The position numbers and the translations under genes are program-made. A stretch of DNA of 63,051 bases, filler included, from Pelomyxa schiedti (lineage: Eukaryota; Protista; Evosea): assembly GCA_020536535.1 (NCBI GenBank). It is 6 parts of 6 records of this genome, joined end to end, with 100 filler letters (N's around TTAATTAATTAA, not from the genome) between each part and the next. Parts side by side here need not be neighbours in the genome. Positions count along the whole stretch, not along the records: positions 17,821 to 43,431 come from JAHLWZ010000032.1; positions 43,532 to 51,401 come from JAHLWZ010001337.1; 4 more parts are not named here. One strand, 5' to 3'. The notes under the pieces are model-generated. The model saw nothing but the letters and a program-made list of their open reading frames with translations, made no database searches and was not told the origin of the DNA. Below, piece after piece: positions 36,101-47,056 of the stretch (the stretch's first letter is position 1; every line of letters starts with the position of its first letter).

Positions 36101-39100
36101 AAAGTAGTGACATGCGCTTCAAGTTGTTTAATTGTACTGACATGGGCAGCCTCTTTGGTGTCTTGTGTAGCTATGGCATCAAGGGCTATTTTGTGAGTAC
36201 CCTGAACTGTTTCAAGTGCCTCATTCGCAGTAGATAACTGTCCCTGCAGCGTATCCAATTCCCCTGTGTGGTGTGACCTTTCCAGAGTAATTTGCTGTTC
36301 AAGCTCTTGGATTTTGTTGCCAAGTGATAAAAGTTGCTTTTCGGTGCCAGCATGTTCGACTTCCATTTCACCTTGTAACTGGGAAATGGTTGTCTCGAGT
36401 CTCTGTATGTTGAACTTGTATTGCTTTTCGGCTTCACAATGTGCCGCAATAACTTCATTATCGTTGTTTAGTTGCTTCTGGAAGAAACTTGCCTCCAGAG
36501 ACTGTTTATCTGTCGTGCATTGAAGATGAGCGATAACACCTTGCAGAGCTTTGATGGCATCTTGAAATCCCATCAGGGATTTGTTACTGGTTTCGATTAT
36601 CTGAGAGTGGTCATCAAAGCGCAATTGGAGAGCTTGGGAAGATTCGAGGAGACTAGTTTTTTCACTGTGCAGTGCCAGCACTTCCTTTTCCAAGGTTTCA
36701 ATGTGACGTATGGATTCCTGATGCGTTTCTAGGAGTTTATTGAGTGTAGTTTCTTTTAACTCGAGTGCATCCTTAAGTGAGTTAAGGTTTCCTTTTTGTT
36801 GCTCTTCACTCAGTTTCATGTGTTCTAACTCAGAACTGAGCCGTTCTAGAATTTGTTTATATTCATTCTCTGCTGCACATTGTCTCACAAGTTCTTCTTC
36901 GCAAACGGTCAGTTTATGTTTCAGCGCTTCATGAACGCTAGTGTCTCCATGGGCCTTTGCGACTGTATCTTGTAGTTGTTTCAAAGTGAGCTGATATTCA
37001 CCCTCAACAGTCTTTACTTTTTCCTCATAGTGCTCTATTGCGGCGTCATGCAGACGTTTAGCTGCTACGATTTCTTCTTTTAGGTGAATTTCACTGGAAC
37101 CCTTCTCCAAAGTCACTGCTGTAAGATCATCTCTTAAGCTGTTGATAGTAGATTGCATTAGGGAAATTGTCTCTCGATATCGGTTTTCGGCTTGCTGGCA
37201 CTGGTTCAATAAAACTTTGTGCTGCTTGATTTGTTCCTGAAGACTTGTGGCTTCGATTTGCCAATGGGCCACTTCAGCTTGAAGTTGCTTTACAGTATTT
37301 TCCATATCGGAAATTGAGGTCTTATACTGCCGCTCAAGTTCTTGGTGGGTGGACACTTGAAGTTGGGAGGTTTCCAGTTGTCTTTGCAGTGAATCCACGT
37401 TCCCTTTGCTTGCAACCAACTCGGATTGAAGAGCCTGAACAGAGCTACTCAACTGGTCAACTTCTTTTTTGTACTCTAATTGGTCCTTCCTGTGGCACTC
37501 TAAGATCTCATCAGTATGGGCCTCCAGGGAGTGTTTAGCATTTTGGCCGGACTCGATTTCCTCTCTTAGGTTCCTTACCGTTTGGTCGAGACCTGCAATT
37601 TGTGATAAGTACTGCTTTTCCGAGCTTACGTAGGATTCAATTGTTTTGGAGTCAGAATCAAGCTTTTCCTGAAGGAGGTCGGAGATCTTCTTCTGGCCAA
37701 CTAAATCTTGTTGTAGGTGCTTGATAGTTGTTTCGAGAGTTGCAATAGTGGCTACATAAGTGCACTCGTTGTCCTTGTGCGTAGCTATTGCCGCTTCACT
37801 GTTCTGGAGTTGCTTTTGCAGACCAGAGTTTGTTTCCATTTCCGCGGCCACAGATGTTTGCAGGGTTTGAAGTTTTTCTTCCAGTCCTGTTACTACACTC
37901 AACCATTTACTTTCACTTTCCTGCAGCTTTACAGCAAGTGCATTACTTGCATTCAGCTTGTCTGTTAAGTCGTCATTGAGAGTTTTTTGTGTCTGTAAAT
38001 CCGATTGCAGTAGTTCTAGAGTTTTCCCCACCTTTTCCATTTCCTCTTTATTTTGCTGTTCTTTAGCCCGTTCCAGAACTAAAAAGTTATTGGCGGAATC
38101 CAATTGTTCCTGCAATTTGTCGGCATGTTCTCTTTGACTCACTATTGTACGCTCGAGATCGGAAATCGATCGTTGCAGCTTGTCAATGTTTTCTTGGTAT
38201 TTTAGCTCTGAGTCATGGCTCATGGCTATGATTTTTGAATCTTGAGCAATTTGTTCACGCATACTGGAGAATTTTTCCTCTGTTTCTTTCTTGTGAGCAG
38301 TATATTGTTCCTGAAGCTGTTGTGTAATAAGGTTCAAAGCTGCCACTTGCTGTTCTGCGTTGTCCTTTTGCGTTTGAATAGTCAGCTTTAGTTGAGCAGC
38401 ATCCTGTTCAAGTTCCTCTATTTTGTGAAGGAGTTGCTTCTCACTTTGTTGGTGCTGCAAAATCACTGCAGAATCTGATTGCTGCTGTCTTGTAAGAAGA
38501 TCCAGCTGTTCCTGCAATGCCTTCTTTGCTAGGGTGTGTTCCGAATTCATATCGAAAATAGTTTTGTTGAGGTCGGCCAATCTAACACTTGCATCTTGCC
38601 CACTTAGGAGAAGGTCATTTTGTAGTTGAGAAATTCGGTGATTGAGGGAGTCCACAGTAACTTGAAGTTCAGTGTTTTTGGCTGTCTGCTGGGTAATATT
38701 TGTTAGGTTTGCATTAATCTCACTCTGAAGTTGTGAAACTTTCTCCTCGGTCAATTTCTCTGCCTTTGTATGTTGGTTTTGAAGGTCGGTAATGCAAGAC
38801 TGAAGGGCTTCTATCTTGGATTGGGCTGCTTCTTCCTGCTGGTGCATAGTGGAAGTAATGTTGGAAATACTTTTCTGCAGCTCGCCTGCTTCAGTAATGT
38901 AACGCCTTTCTGTTTCCAAATGGGAGGCAATCTCGCTCTCCTTTGCTTCCAACTCTTGCTTTTGTTCGAGGCATTTCCCTTCAACTGCATTTTGACGAAC
39001 CTTGAGACCATCCACTTCTACAGTGAGCTCACTCACAATTTTCTTAGCTTGATCCTTTTCTTCAATAGTTTTCGTTAAGGTTGCAGATGTGCTCTCTAGC

Positions 39101-41965
39101 TCACTGCTTAGCTGTTTTAATTTTTGTTGCAGCTGCTCCTCTGTTTCTTTGCAGCTAGAAATCTTTCCTTCTAGGGAGAGAATTATCCTCTTTTGTTGGT
39201 TGATAAATTCCTCAAGTTTTGCTCGCTCCAGCTCCAACTCGGTGATATTTTCTTGGAATATTGAAACCCGCTGCTTCAGCTGTGCAATTTCTGCCTCCAT
39301 TTCGGACGCATGAGAGGTTTGTTTGACAGTTTTATCTCCTAGAAATGCTACCACTTCTTTCTCGTGATCCAATTCAGTGGTTAGGAGATCCAATCTTTTC
39401 TTCCATTCTTGTTCAGCAGCTTGGTGCTCGGCCGTAAGCTTCTCATAATCATGGGTGACAGACTCTATTTGTAACTTCAGGTCAGCACATTGGGACTGCA
39501 GTGTCTGTTTCTCAGATTCAAGTGCCTGCATTTCCAGAACTTTACTGTCAAGGGTCTTCCTAAGAGTGTCGGTTGTACTTCTTTCAGAATCCAGCTTAGA
39601 CTCTGACTCAAGTAATTTTTGTTGACAAGTCTCAAGGGAACTCTGGGTATTACAAGTAGCTCTCTCCTGTTCACTCAACTTCTCCTGAAGCATAGAGATG
39701 GTGGATTTGCAACCAGCAATTTGGCTTTCAAGAGAAGCGAGATTCACCTCCAGTTCACTTTTTTGGGTGACACAAGAGTCAAATTTCTTTGTGGTCTCTT
39801 GTAATTGAGTCTTTTGTGACTCAAGTTGCGAACGCAAATCAGCACACTCACTTTCCAGCTCAACACCGCGTTTTTGAGCATTTGCTAGATCCATCTCTAG
39901 GTTTTCTACGTAAAGAGGAACCTCCTTCTCTTCCGGCTCCTTGTCAGTCGACTTGACCACAGTAGTTGTTGTACAATCATCGTGACGCGGAACTACACTT
40001 TCAACCAACTCACTGTAGTCAGGTTGGACATCTAGGTGGCTTTCCTTTTCTTCTGCCAGTCTTTCGTACTCCTGCCTAGCATTGTCAGTTGAAGAAGGTT
40101 TGTTTGGAACTACTTGAGCATCTCAGCTGCCTTCAGAGCTTTCTCAGCTTCTTTTAAATTGCGCTCCAAGCGAGATTTTTCAGCAATTACAGACTGCAGC
40201 TGTCCTTCCAGAGTTTTCTGTGAAGAAATGGAAGAAGCTAGTTGTTCTTTAAGTTGGCTTGTCTCACTCAACAAATTATCTTCGGCTCTCTACAACCAAA
40301 GTTTGTAAATGACAGGTAATTTTATCAAAGAGGGGACCTGCATAATCTTTTCTTTCTCAAGTAAAGAATTCAAGTCTTTTTGAAGTTCACGGTAGTGCTG
40401 AGATTGCGAATTGAGCTCAGCTTTGAGCTGTTGTACTTCATTTTGAGCTTCACCATGTGCCTTTCTGAGAAATATTTTAGTTTCATCAGCACAATGTTCT
40501 GAAATACATCATTTTCTGGTATTCAGCGATTTCTAGATGCAGGTGTTGTAATTCTACTTCTTTTTCCTCAATCTTTCTCTCCAAGTTGGATTTCTCGGCT
40601 TGCAGTAACTCCATGTCGTGTTGTGTGGCATTTTGGTAGTCTTGTAAGATATCCTCAGTAGTTTGAAGTGACTCAATAGAGTCAATTGACCTTGCAATAG
40701 TGGTCAGTTTACAAGTTGCATTACAGAAGATCTACTTGAAGGAAGAGATGGGGCCTTGGGAAGGAACATCAGAATCTGAAGATTCCGCTTCTATTTCTGT
40801 GGGAGCTTCTTCCTCTTTCTTGGTTCTATGTGCCGAAATGGAGTCTACTTGTTCCAGCAAATCACTCTGTTGTTTGTAAACTTCACAAAATAACAAGCAA
40901 TAATACAAGTTCGTGTATCCCACATAAAAATTCATTCAGTGTGATCACATCGTCACCATTAGAATCTACACTTTGGAAGACTGCCTCAAGACGCTCATCG
41001 CTAATATTCTGAACTTTATCAATGGCTTCAATAGAAAGAAAGGATGAAAATGGACCAACTTTGAAGAATTTTCTCATATCTTCTCTGGAAATCAGACCAT
41101 CAGCATCAACATCAATTTTTCCAAAGAGGTCGGTCATCATTCTTTCATCATGCTCACTCAATTCCGGGAAGGATGGTATGATTCCATCGCTCGGATTAGA
41201 CACAGGAACCTCGTCAATCTCGGGGGATACACTTTGTTCAGAGAGATTTCCGTCGGATTCAGACTTGGAGGTTGCTAAGGGATTTGGAACATCATTTGAT
41301 TGCGGGGTATCATCGTCTGGTGGAACTGTAAAACGATTCAGCCAAAGTGTGATACAACACAACTTAGCTTACCCCAATTATGGAACAACTCAGCAAAAGA
41401 ATCGACAAACTCTTGTAAATTGATCAAGCCGTCATTATCTCTGTCGAGTTTCGTTATCAATTCCTCAGCCTCCTCCAAAGAAGCCTTACGTCCCAGCATA
41501 GCCTATAACACATTTCCCACAAACCACGCGGTTAGTAACCAACCCAACCCCCAACCGCCATATTTCATACAAGCTATCTATGCTATACTAATGTCGCACA
41601 CAGTCACCACCACACGCAGCACACAGCACACAGCACACCAGGGCATCGACCAGCTCGGCGGCGTCTAGTGCGCCCAAGTGGTTGACGTCGCACCTCTCGA
41701 ATATCTTCTGCGCGATCTCTGCCTTTCCCTCCTCGTCCATCCCCCCTTCCCCTTCGCCGTCGCCGTCGCCCCCTCCTGCGCCCCCGCCTGCTTCCTCGGT
41801 CCCCCGCCCGCTCGAGTCGTTGCCTCGTCGTGTGCCCCCGCCGCCGCCGCCGGTGATCGCCACTAACTCGGCGTCGTCGTCGTCGCTGCTGTGGGGCAGG
41901 ACGTCCGCCGCAGCCGACGTGGGAGGCGATGGCGTGTCCCCCGTCCGCGATGGCGATGCCGACAT
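30192..41965 (-). CDS. Giant EF-hand / coiled-coil / fimbrin(plastin)-type 4xCH actin-binding protein; multi-exon
   Basis: EF loops DVNHLGALDAAE, DRDNDGLINLQE, DVDADGLISRED, DSNGDDVITLNE; a >2000-aa coiled-coil exon. Fimbrin CH motifs SEEERYIDLVNCFLKNDPEL..YLP..LADGVLVLKLLN, EQLLLRW|VNYHL..NFASDFSDG, ETRILKNWVHS..LTDGVILL, ARRLGCTIYITPEDL. Confidence 0.85.
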
Positions 41966-42073
41966 GCTCCCTCCTTGTGTGTTTAATAATTAAAACCAAA
42001 AAAAATGATGATGATTTCCAAGAAGCTTCTTTCTTAGAAAAGCCCCTTCAATCAGTCGGCGAATTCGGAGAGT

Positions 42074-42562
42074 ATGGCCACCACGATCACAGCAGCGGGG
42101 GCGGGGGAGGGCAAGACTCCGCGGGTAGGGGCACTGGCGTCGGTTGTTGAGTCCACGGTGATGGGGGTAGAGGGCAGCGTGGCGGTGTGGGTGGTGGCCG
42201 CCTTGTGCGTCGTGGTGCCACGTGCTCTGTTGGTGCCTGCAACGGTGTGTGTGTGTGCGTGTGGGGACATTACGTAAACAAGTCACTCATTAACGCAAAA
42301 AATACAAAGGTAGTGTGGATTGTGCAGTTTGGAATGTCTATTGTTGGAGGAGTCATTGTAGTCTTGTGGATAGTGTGGAGGCACTCGTGGCCTCCTCGAT
42401 CGCTGTTCATGTCACCATCATTGTTCCACTCGTGGTGTGTGCTGTGTCTATCTCCGGTCTATAATTAACTCTTATTGGTTCTTGGCTATTCCAGGGTGGA
42501 AAGGAGCTGCCCGCTGTGCTGGCTAATGTTGGGGATTGAAGTTGGCAGCTTTATATTAGTAG
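42074..42562 (+). CDS. 5' part of a hypothetical membrane protein (cut by gap)
   Basis: ATG at 42074 followed by hydrophobic segments (VAVWVVAALCVVV, VVWIVQFGMSIVGGVIVVLWIVW) separated by short GT-AG introns. Confidence 0.4.
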
Positions 42563-42662
42563 NNNNNNNNNNNNNNNNNNNNNNNNNNNNNNNNNNNNNN
42601 NNNNNNNNNNNNNNNNNNNNNNNNNNNNNNNNNNNNNNNNNNNNNNNNNNNNNNNNNNNNNN

Positions 42663-43431
42663 GCACCTTTATTGAACAGCGCTCTGTTGTGCAGTGTTAA
42701 TAACTTCTCGCAAAGAAGAAAACGGAATCACACACCTAGGGACATCAACTGATCCACCACGCGCTGCATTGCACACAATCCACCTGATGTCTAGGGCTTC
42801 ACTTGCACTCATCAGTTCAATAACCCGCTCAAAGAGTCCGGGCTCCGCTGCTATGAGCCGGACTTGTTCCCTATATATTGTGGGTTCGTGTACGTTTTGG
42901 TAAAAAGCTGGGTTTAAAGGAATGTCGTCACCTTATTCCGGCGGCAATGTTAGAGAGCTGAAAAATGTTAAGGTTGTGCGACACAAAATAGAGAAGGTTC
43001 ACACAAGCCAGCATGTCTCCTTTTTTATATTCCTGGCAGGGCTGTGTAGTCTGTGGCAACATTAGAATAAACAGTCGGAATATGAAAGAAACAAACAAGG
43101 GAAGTAATTTTGGCAAGACTCCAGCATCAATCACAGCCTGGAGTATTAAAGAGTTGGATGAAAATATGGGAGTGCATTAGTCTAATTTCCAAAAACCTGA
43201 GTATCCTCGTGGCTTTTATTTTGTGGTTAGAGAGTATATATCACGTGTGAAACTGTTGATACCTCCCAAGAGCAATGGTTCCCAATATACGTATTGCTGG
43301 TACTTGCACGGAGATATTATTAATCTGCGAGATCGTATCGTTGTCATCAAAGAGAAAAATCGGGAAAGAACAAACGCCGAGACTTCTGACAATGTTGGGA
43401 CACATTCCCAGAGAAATTATGTGCTTGGAGA
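42663..43431 (-). other. Second, near-identical partial copy of the importin-alpha-like gene (allele or paralog) with a 12-nt in-frame deletion
   Basis: Matches ~19860-20638 with scattered SNPs; CGCGGCTTCCAT is absent (IRMEAAW becomes IRW). Confidence 0.85.
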
Positions 43432-43530
43432 NNNNNNNNNNNNNNNNNNNNNNNNNNNNNNNNNNNNNNNNNNNNTTAATTAATTAANNNNNNNNNNNNN
43501 NNNNNNNNNNNNNNNNNNNNNNNNNNNNNN
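43432..43530. other. Artificial contig linker
   Basis: N-TTAATTAATTAA-N. Confidence 0.97.
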
Positions 43531-45431
43531 NAACTCCATCCAAGTCAGAGAGTTGGTTTTCTCTTTGTCCCTTCTTTTGGTGAGTGCTTGGTTCAGAGTC
43601 ATCCAAGTTGCAGGAACATCTGATGGAACACCATCATCCCAGGCCTCACGGTGAATTTCCCAGCACACATCCGTCACACCTTCACAGCCCTCCATTTGAG
43701 ACTTGTCACACCTCCACCCCTTTCCCTTGTTGAGGTCCACCAGAAATACAACATCCTCAAGCATGAATATGTGGATGATGAGATCAGCCAACTTGGGATC
43801 ATGAGGATCGACTCGGTCCATGTGAGTTCCAACGGGTATGATGCACCTCCTTGTCTTGGAGCCCTTGCTTCTGGCAACTGATATCTCGTTCAACCATTTA
43901 TAAACCGCCATGTGCGGCTCCTCCATCATCAATGCCTTGGATACATCAAAGGTCACAATGAATACAGAACGGCTGAGGAGAAACCATTGGTGGAATGGTG
44001 AAAGAGAATCCCCTCCTGTGTGTGCGTTGTGTGAGCTGGAGTGGGAAGAAACGAATCGGTCATACCAAGGTCCCAGATAGTGTATGAACTATCCTCAGTT
44101 CCTTTCAACGTCACATTGCGATACACAGCAATTCCTGTGTGAATATGTTTTGGTTTCAGTTTTTTCTTGCCCTCCATCATACACCTCAACAGTGTTGTTT
44201 TGCCAACACCTGTGTCTCCAACAAACACAATCTTGTGTGTGTTTGTCTTGACGTGGTTGATTCTGCTGAGCCTGGTTGGATTTAACTCATGAAACCAGCT
44301 GCCGAATTTCACATTGGGAACTTCTGCCAACCACTCTGGGAGCTTTTGCATGGGGTTTTTGGAGAGTTTAAGTGCTCTGCCAGTCAAAGTCTGCAGTGAT
44401 TCGGGAACATATTTCAAATCCAACCCAGAGAGGTCAATGTTCTCAGAGTCAGCCAGAAACTTGGCCTGACACACAACACCAACAGCAGGATGGTTCTCTG
44501 TTTTCAGCCATGCCCTGAGTGCCATTGACACTGTGAAGAATGGGAACTGTGACCTGTAATTGTGCACGAGCTGCATGATCATGTTGGCTGTTGTTGCATC
44601 GGCACAGGTGATGTCAAGGATGGTGGGAATCACAGGCAAGGGCAATGGAACTGGATGAAATTCCAGTGGCAAGAAGTTTCTGATGTGGGGTGAAGAAATC
44701 AATGTCGAATGGGAAATTTCAGGTGGGATGTTGGAGATGAGTGATAGCAGTGCATCCACAGAGCCCAGTTCTGGTTCCCATCTCAACATTTTGTGAGCAG
44801 AAATCTGGTCTTTTTGGTGAGTATTGTGAAAACTGACTGGTGGGTACACACAAAGAAAGCCATGTGAATGGAGAACAGTGTGTGAAATACTTCCTTCACT
44901 GGTGTGCCACCGTGTTGACTGAAATCAACCAAAAGAGCACATGAACGCTGTGGTCCAGAATTGTCTTGTAACAGCGTCTTAAATACATCCAAAAGTGGCA
45001 GCAACGAATCTGGTTCCTCAGCACAGTACAGGAACATAAATATAAGTTTGCCATCCCTGGTGTGGGCAATTACCAATTTTTTTAAAAAAACCAAAAAAAA
45101 ACCCAAAAGTAATGAGTTAATAATACTCACGCAGTTGCCATGTCGAAATCGCCCTTGTCTCGACGGTAGAATACACACTCTTCATCGAGCTCTCTTTTCA
45201 GCCTAGTTCCAGAACCGCTGGTCCCCCCTTCTTGTTGTACAGCAACCTCAGCGTCGCGCACCCGTCGACGGCCTCGCGGTCGTAATCCAGGACCGGCGCC
45301 GATCGGCTGACGGTGACTGCGCCCCGGGCGTCGAGATCGAGGGGCCCTAGCCTCGCCACCGCCCCAAACAAAGTGTTCACGCGCTCGTCAGAACCAACAA
45401 CGAAGCACTGCGTTCTGTTGCTGTTTGTCAT
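43531..45431 (-). CDS. LRR-Roc(-COR) Roco protein, 5' part; apparent frameshift in exon 1
   Basis: LRR IDLSGLDLKYVPESL..LKLSKNPMQKLPEWL. Roc motifs KIVFVGDTGVGKTTL, WDLG|GD..FHQWFL..VFIVTFDVS, WLNEI, IIPVGTHMD. COR start VPATW. Confidence 0.85.
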
Positions 45432-45595
45432 TTTGGTTTTTTACGGGAATAATGTTCGGGCAATGGTCCTGGTTCTCTCTACCCTGTGAAGGGAAAATTC
45501 TGAAATATCTGGACCACATCTGGACCAGACACCGTTTCGTGGTCTTTCCTGAGGAGCATCACATGGATCCGAAAAATGAAATACATAGTTTTTAG

Positions 45596-46741
45596 ATGGA
45601 TCAAGGGCACCTAACAATTGACCGGGTGCTCGACGCCCGAGACCAAGCCCTCGCCATGTTGCTCGCTTTGTGCCCGCCACAACCCACAATCCGTTCTCGC
45701 GGCGCAAACCGCCTCACAAACGACGCGGCGAGGGACTTAGCCGAGCGCTGGGTGCTCACACCCGTCCGGCGCTTCATAGTCCACACCAATATGGAGTTCT
45801 CGATGGTTGTGTCGATCGGGCCCACCCTCGGCGTCGTCAGCACCAGCGAGACCAACTTGTGGACCCCACACCACTCGCGGCTGTGCTGGCTGGATCCCGA
45901 CAGGCTGCTGGCCTGCCACAGCATTACCAGCACCACTTGCATCTTCGACTTCTCGCGGGGCCCCCAACCAAGGGTCGACCCCATCCCCTGCCCTCCCATA
46001 ATGCCCCGCTGGGGCAACCACAAATGGGCCGTGGCATGGGACAACAAGCAGCTCTACGTGCAAAGGGTGGATAATGATGATGACTGTCAACAACACAGCA
46101 GGCAGGGGCACCAGGAGCAAGATCGTCCATGGGTGCCGGTCACCTTCCCCGCAAGGGACCCAGAGATGATAGACCTCGACGTTGCGTTCTCGCACTCCGA
46201 GCCTGCCCTCATCAAGGGGGAGGGTGACGAGGCCTCAATGGTGTTTGGCTTTGGGATTTACCAGACGGACCGGCCCAGGGCCACTTTGCTGACGGTGGAC
46301 CTGGCCAGGAGCTTCTCTGCTGGGTCACTTGTCGTTGTGAGGGAGACGGGGTTCTCAGGGGACCCTGTGGGAGTACTGTGGCGCTGCCACCCGTTCATTT
46401 TTATGGATGACAGTGGGCACCCCGTGGTGGTGCATGAGGGAGGGAACTGTTCATTTGCTGTGGGCCTCTGGACTGGGAAGAGAACCAAGCTGTGTGACCA
46501 CATGTACCCCATGAAGGTAAATGGCCAGCTTGCAAGAATAGGTATCAAGATCTATGACGTGTTCACGGGGCAAGTGTCCCCAGTTGTTCCAGCTTATGTG
46601 ACCTTACAGCCTCTGATGGACCGTGGCCTGGCAGTGACACATCCTTCACTCACTCCAAACTCATTCCAGTCTGTGACTGACGCACAAACAGGCTGTGTTC
46701 TGTGCCATTGTCCATCCAATTTCAGCCCATCATTCCTGTAG
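45596..46741 (+). CDS. Tandem-array family member 1 (381 aa, intronless)
   Basis: IDRVLDARDQALAMLLALCP..RLTNDAARDLAERWVLTP..VSIGPTLGVV..WGNHKW..GDEAS..VDLARSFS..DRGL..DAQTG. Confidence 0.85.
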   Translation: MDQGHLTIDRVLDARDQALAMLLALCPPQPTIRSRGANRLTNDAARDLAERWVLTPVRRFIVHTNMEFSMVVSIGPTLGVVSTSETNLWTPHHSRLCWLDPDRLLACHSITSTTCIFDFSRGPQPRVDPIPCPPIMPRWGNHKWAVAWDNKQLYVQRVDNDDDCQQHSRQGHQEQDRPWVPVTFPARDPEMIDLDVAFSHSEPALIKGEGDEASMVFGFGIYQTDRPRATLLTVDLARSFSAGSLVVVRETGFSGDPVGVLWRCHPFIFMDDSGHPVVVHEGGNCSFAVGLWTGKRTKLCDHMYPMKVNGQLARIGIKIYDVFTGQVSPVVPAYVTLQPLMDRGLAVTHPSLTPNSFQSVTDAQTGCVLCHCPSNFSPSFL

Positions 46742-47056
46742 GCCCCTATTACAGTAGAAATGAGTTATGCAATTCAAACCAGCCTGGCAAAAAAAAATTG
46801 CACGTTTCCTTTTTCTACAACAACTTGCAAGAATAGCTATCTTGGACGAATTTTTCGGACCGTTACATCAGAAGGTAAAGTACATCTGTGTACAATAGAA
46901 AACACCCTTGAAACGGATCTGATAAATGCTACGCAGGGGAATTGTGCCAAAGGTTTCAAGCTTAGCTTTGGTGAATCTCTTGCCATTCTAATCCCGCGAT
47001 CTAAAGTCTATCTCACTACCGAGAACTTCTGTGAAAAATAATAACGTTTGATTGAG

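Noticed and set aside
2668-41965. Stop-codon reassignment or frameshifting to explain fragmented ORFs
   Set aside because: Short GT-AG introns restore the frames under the standard code wherever I checked.
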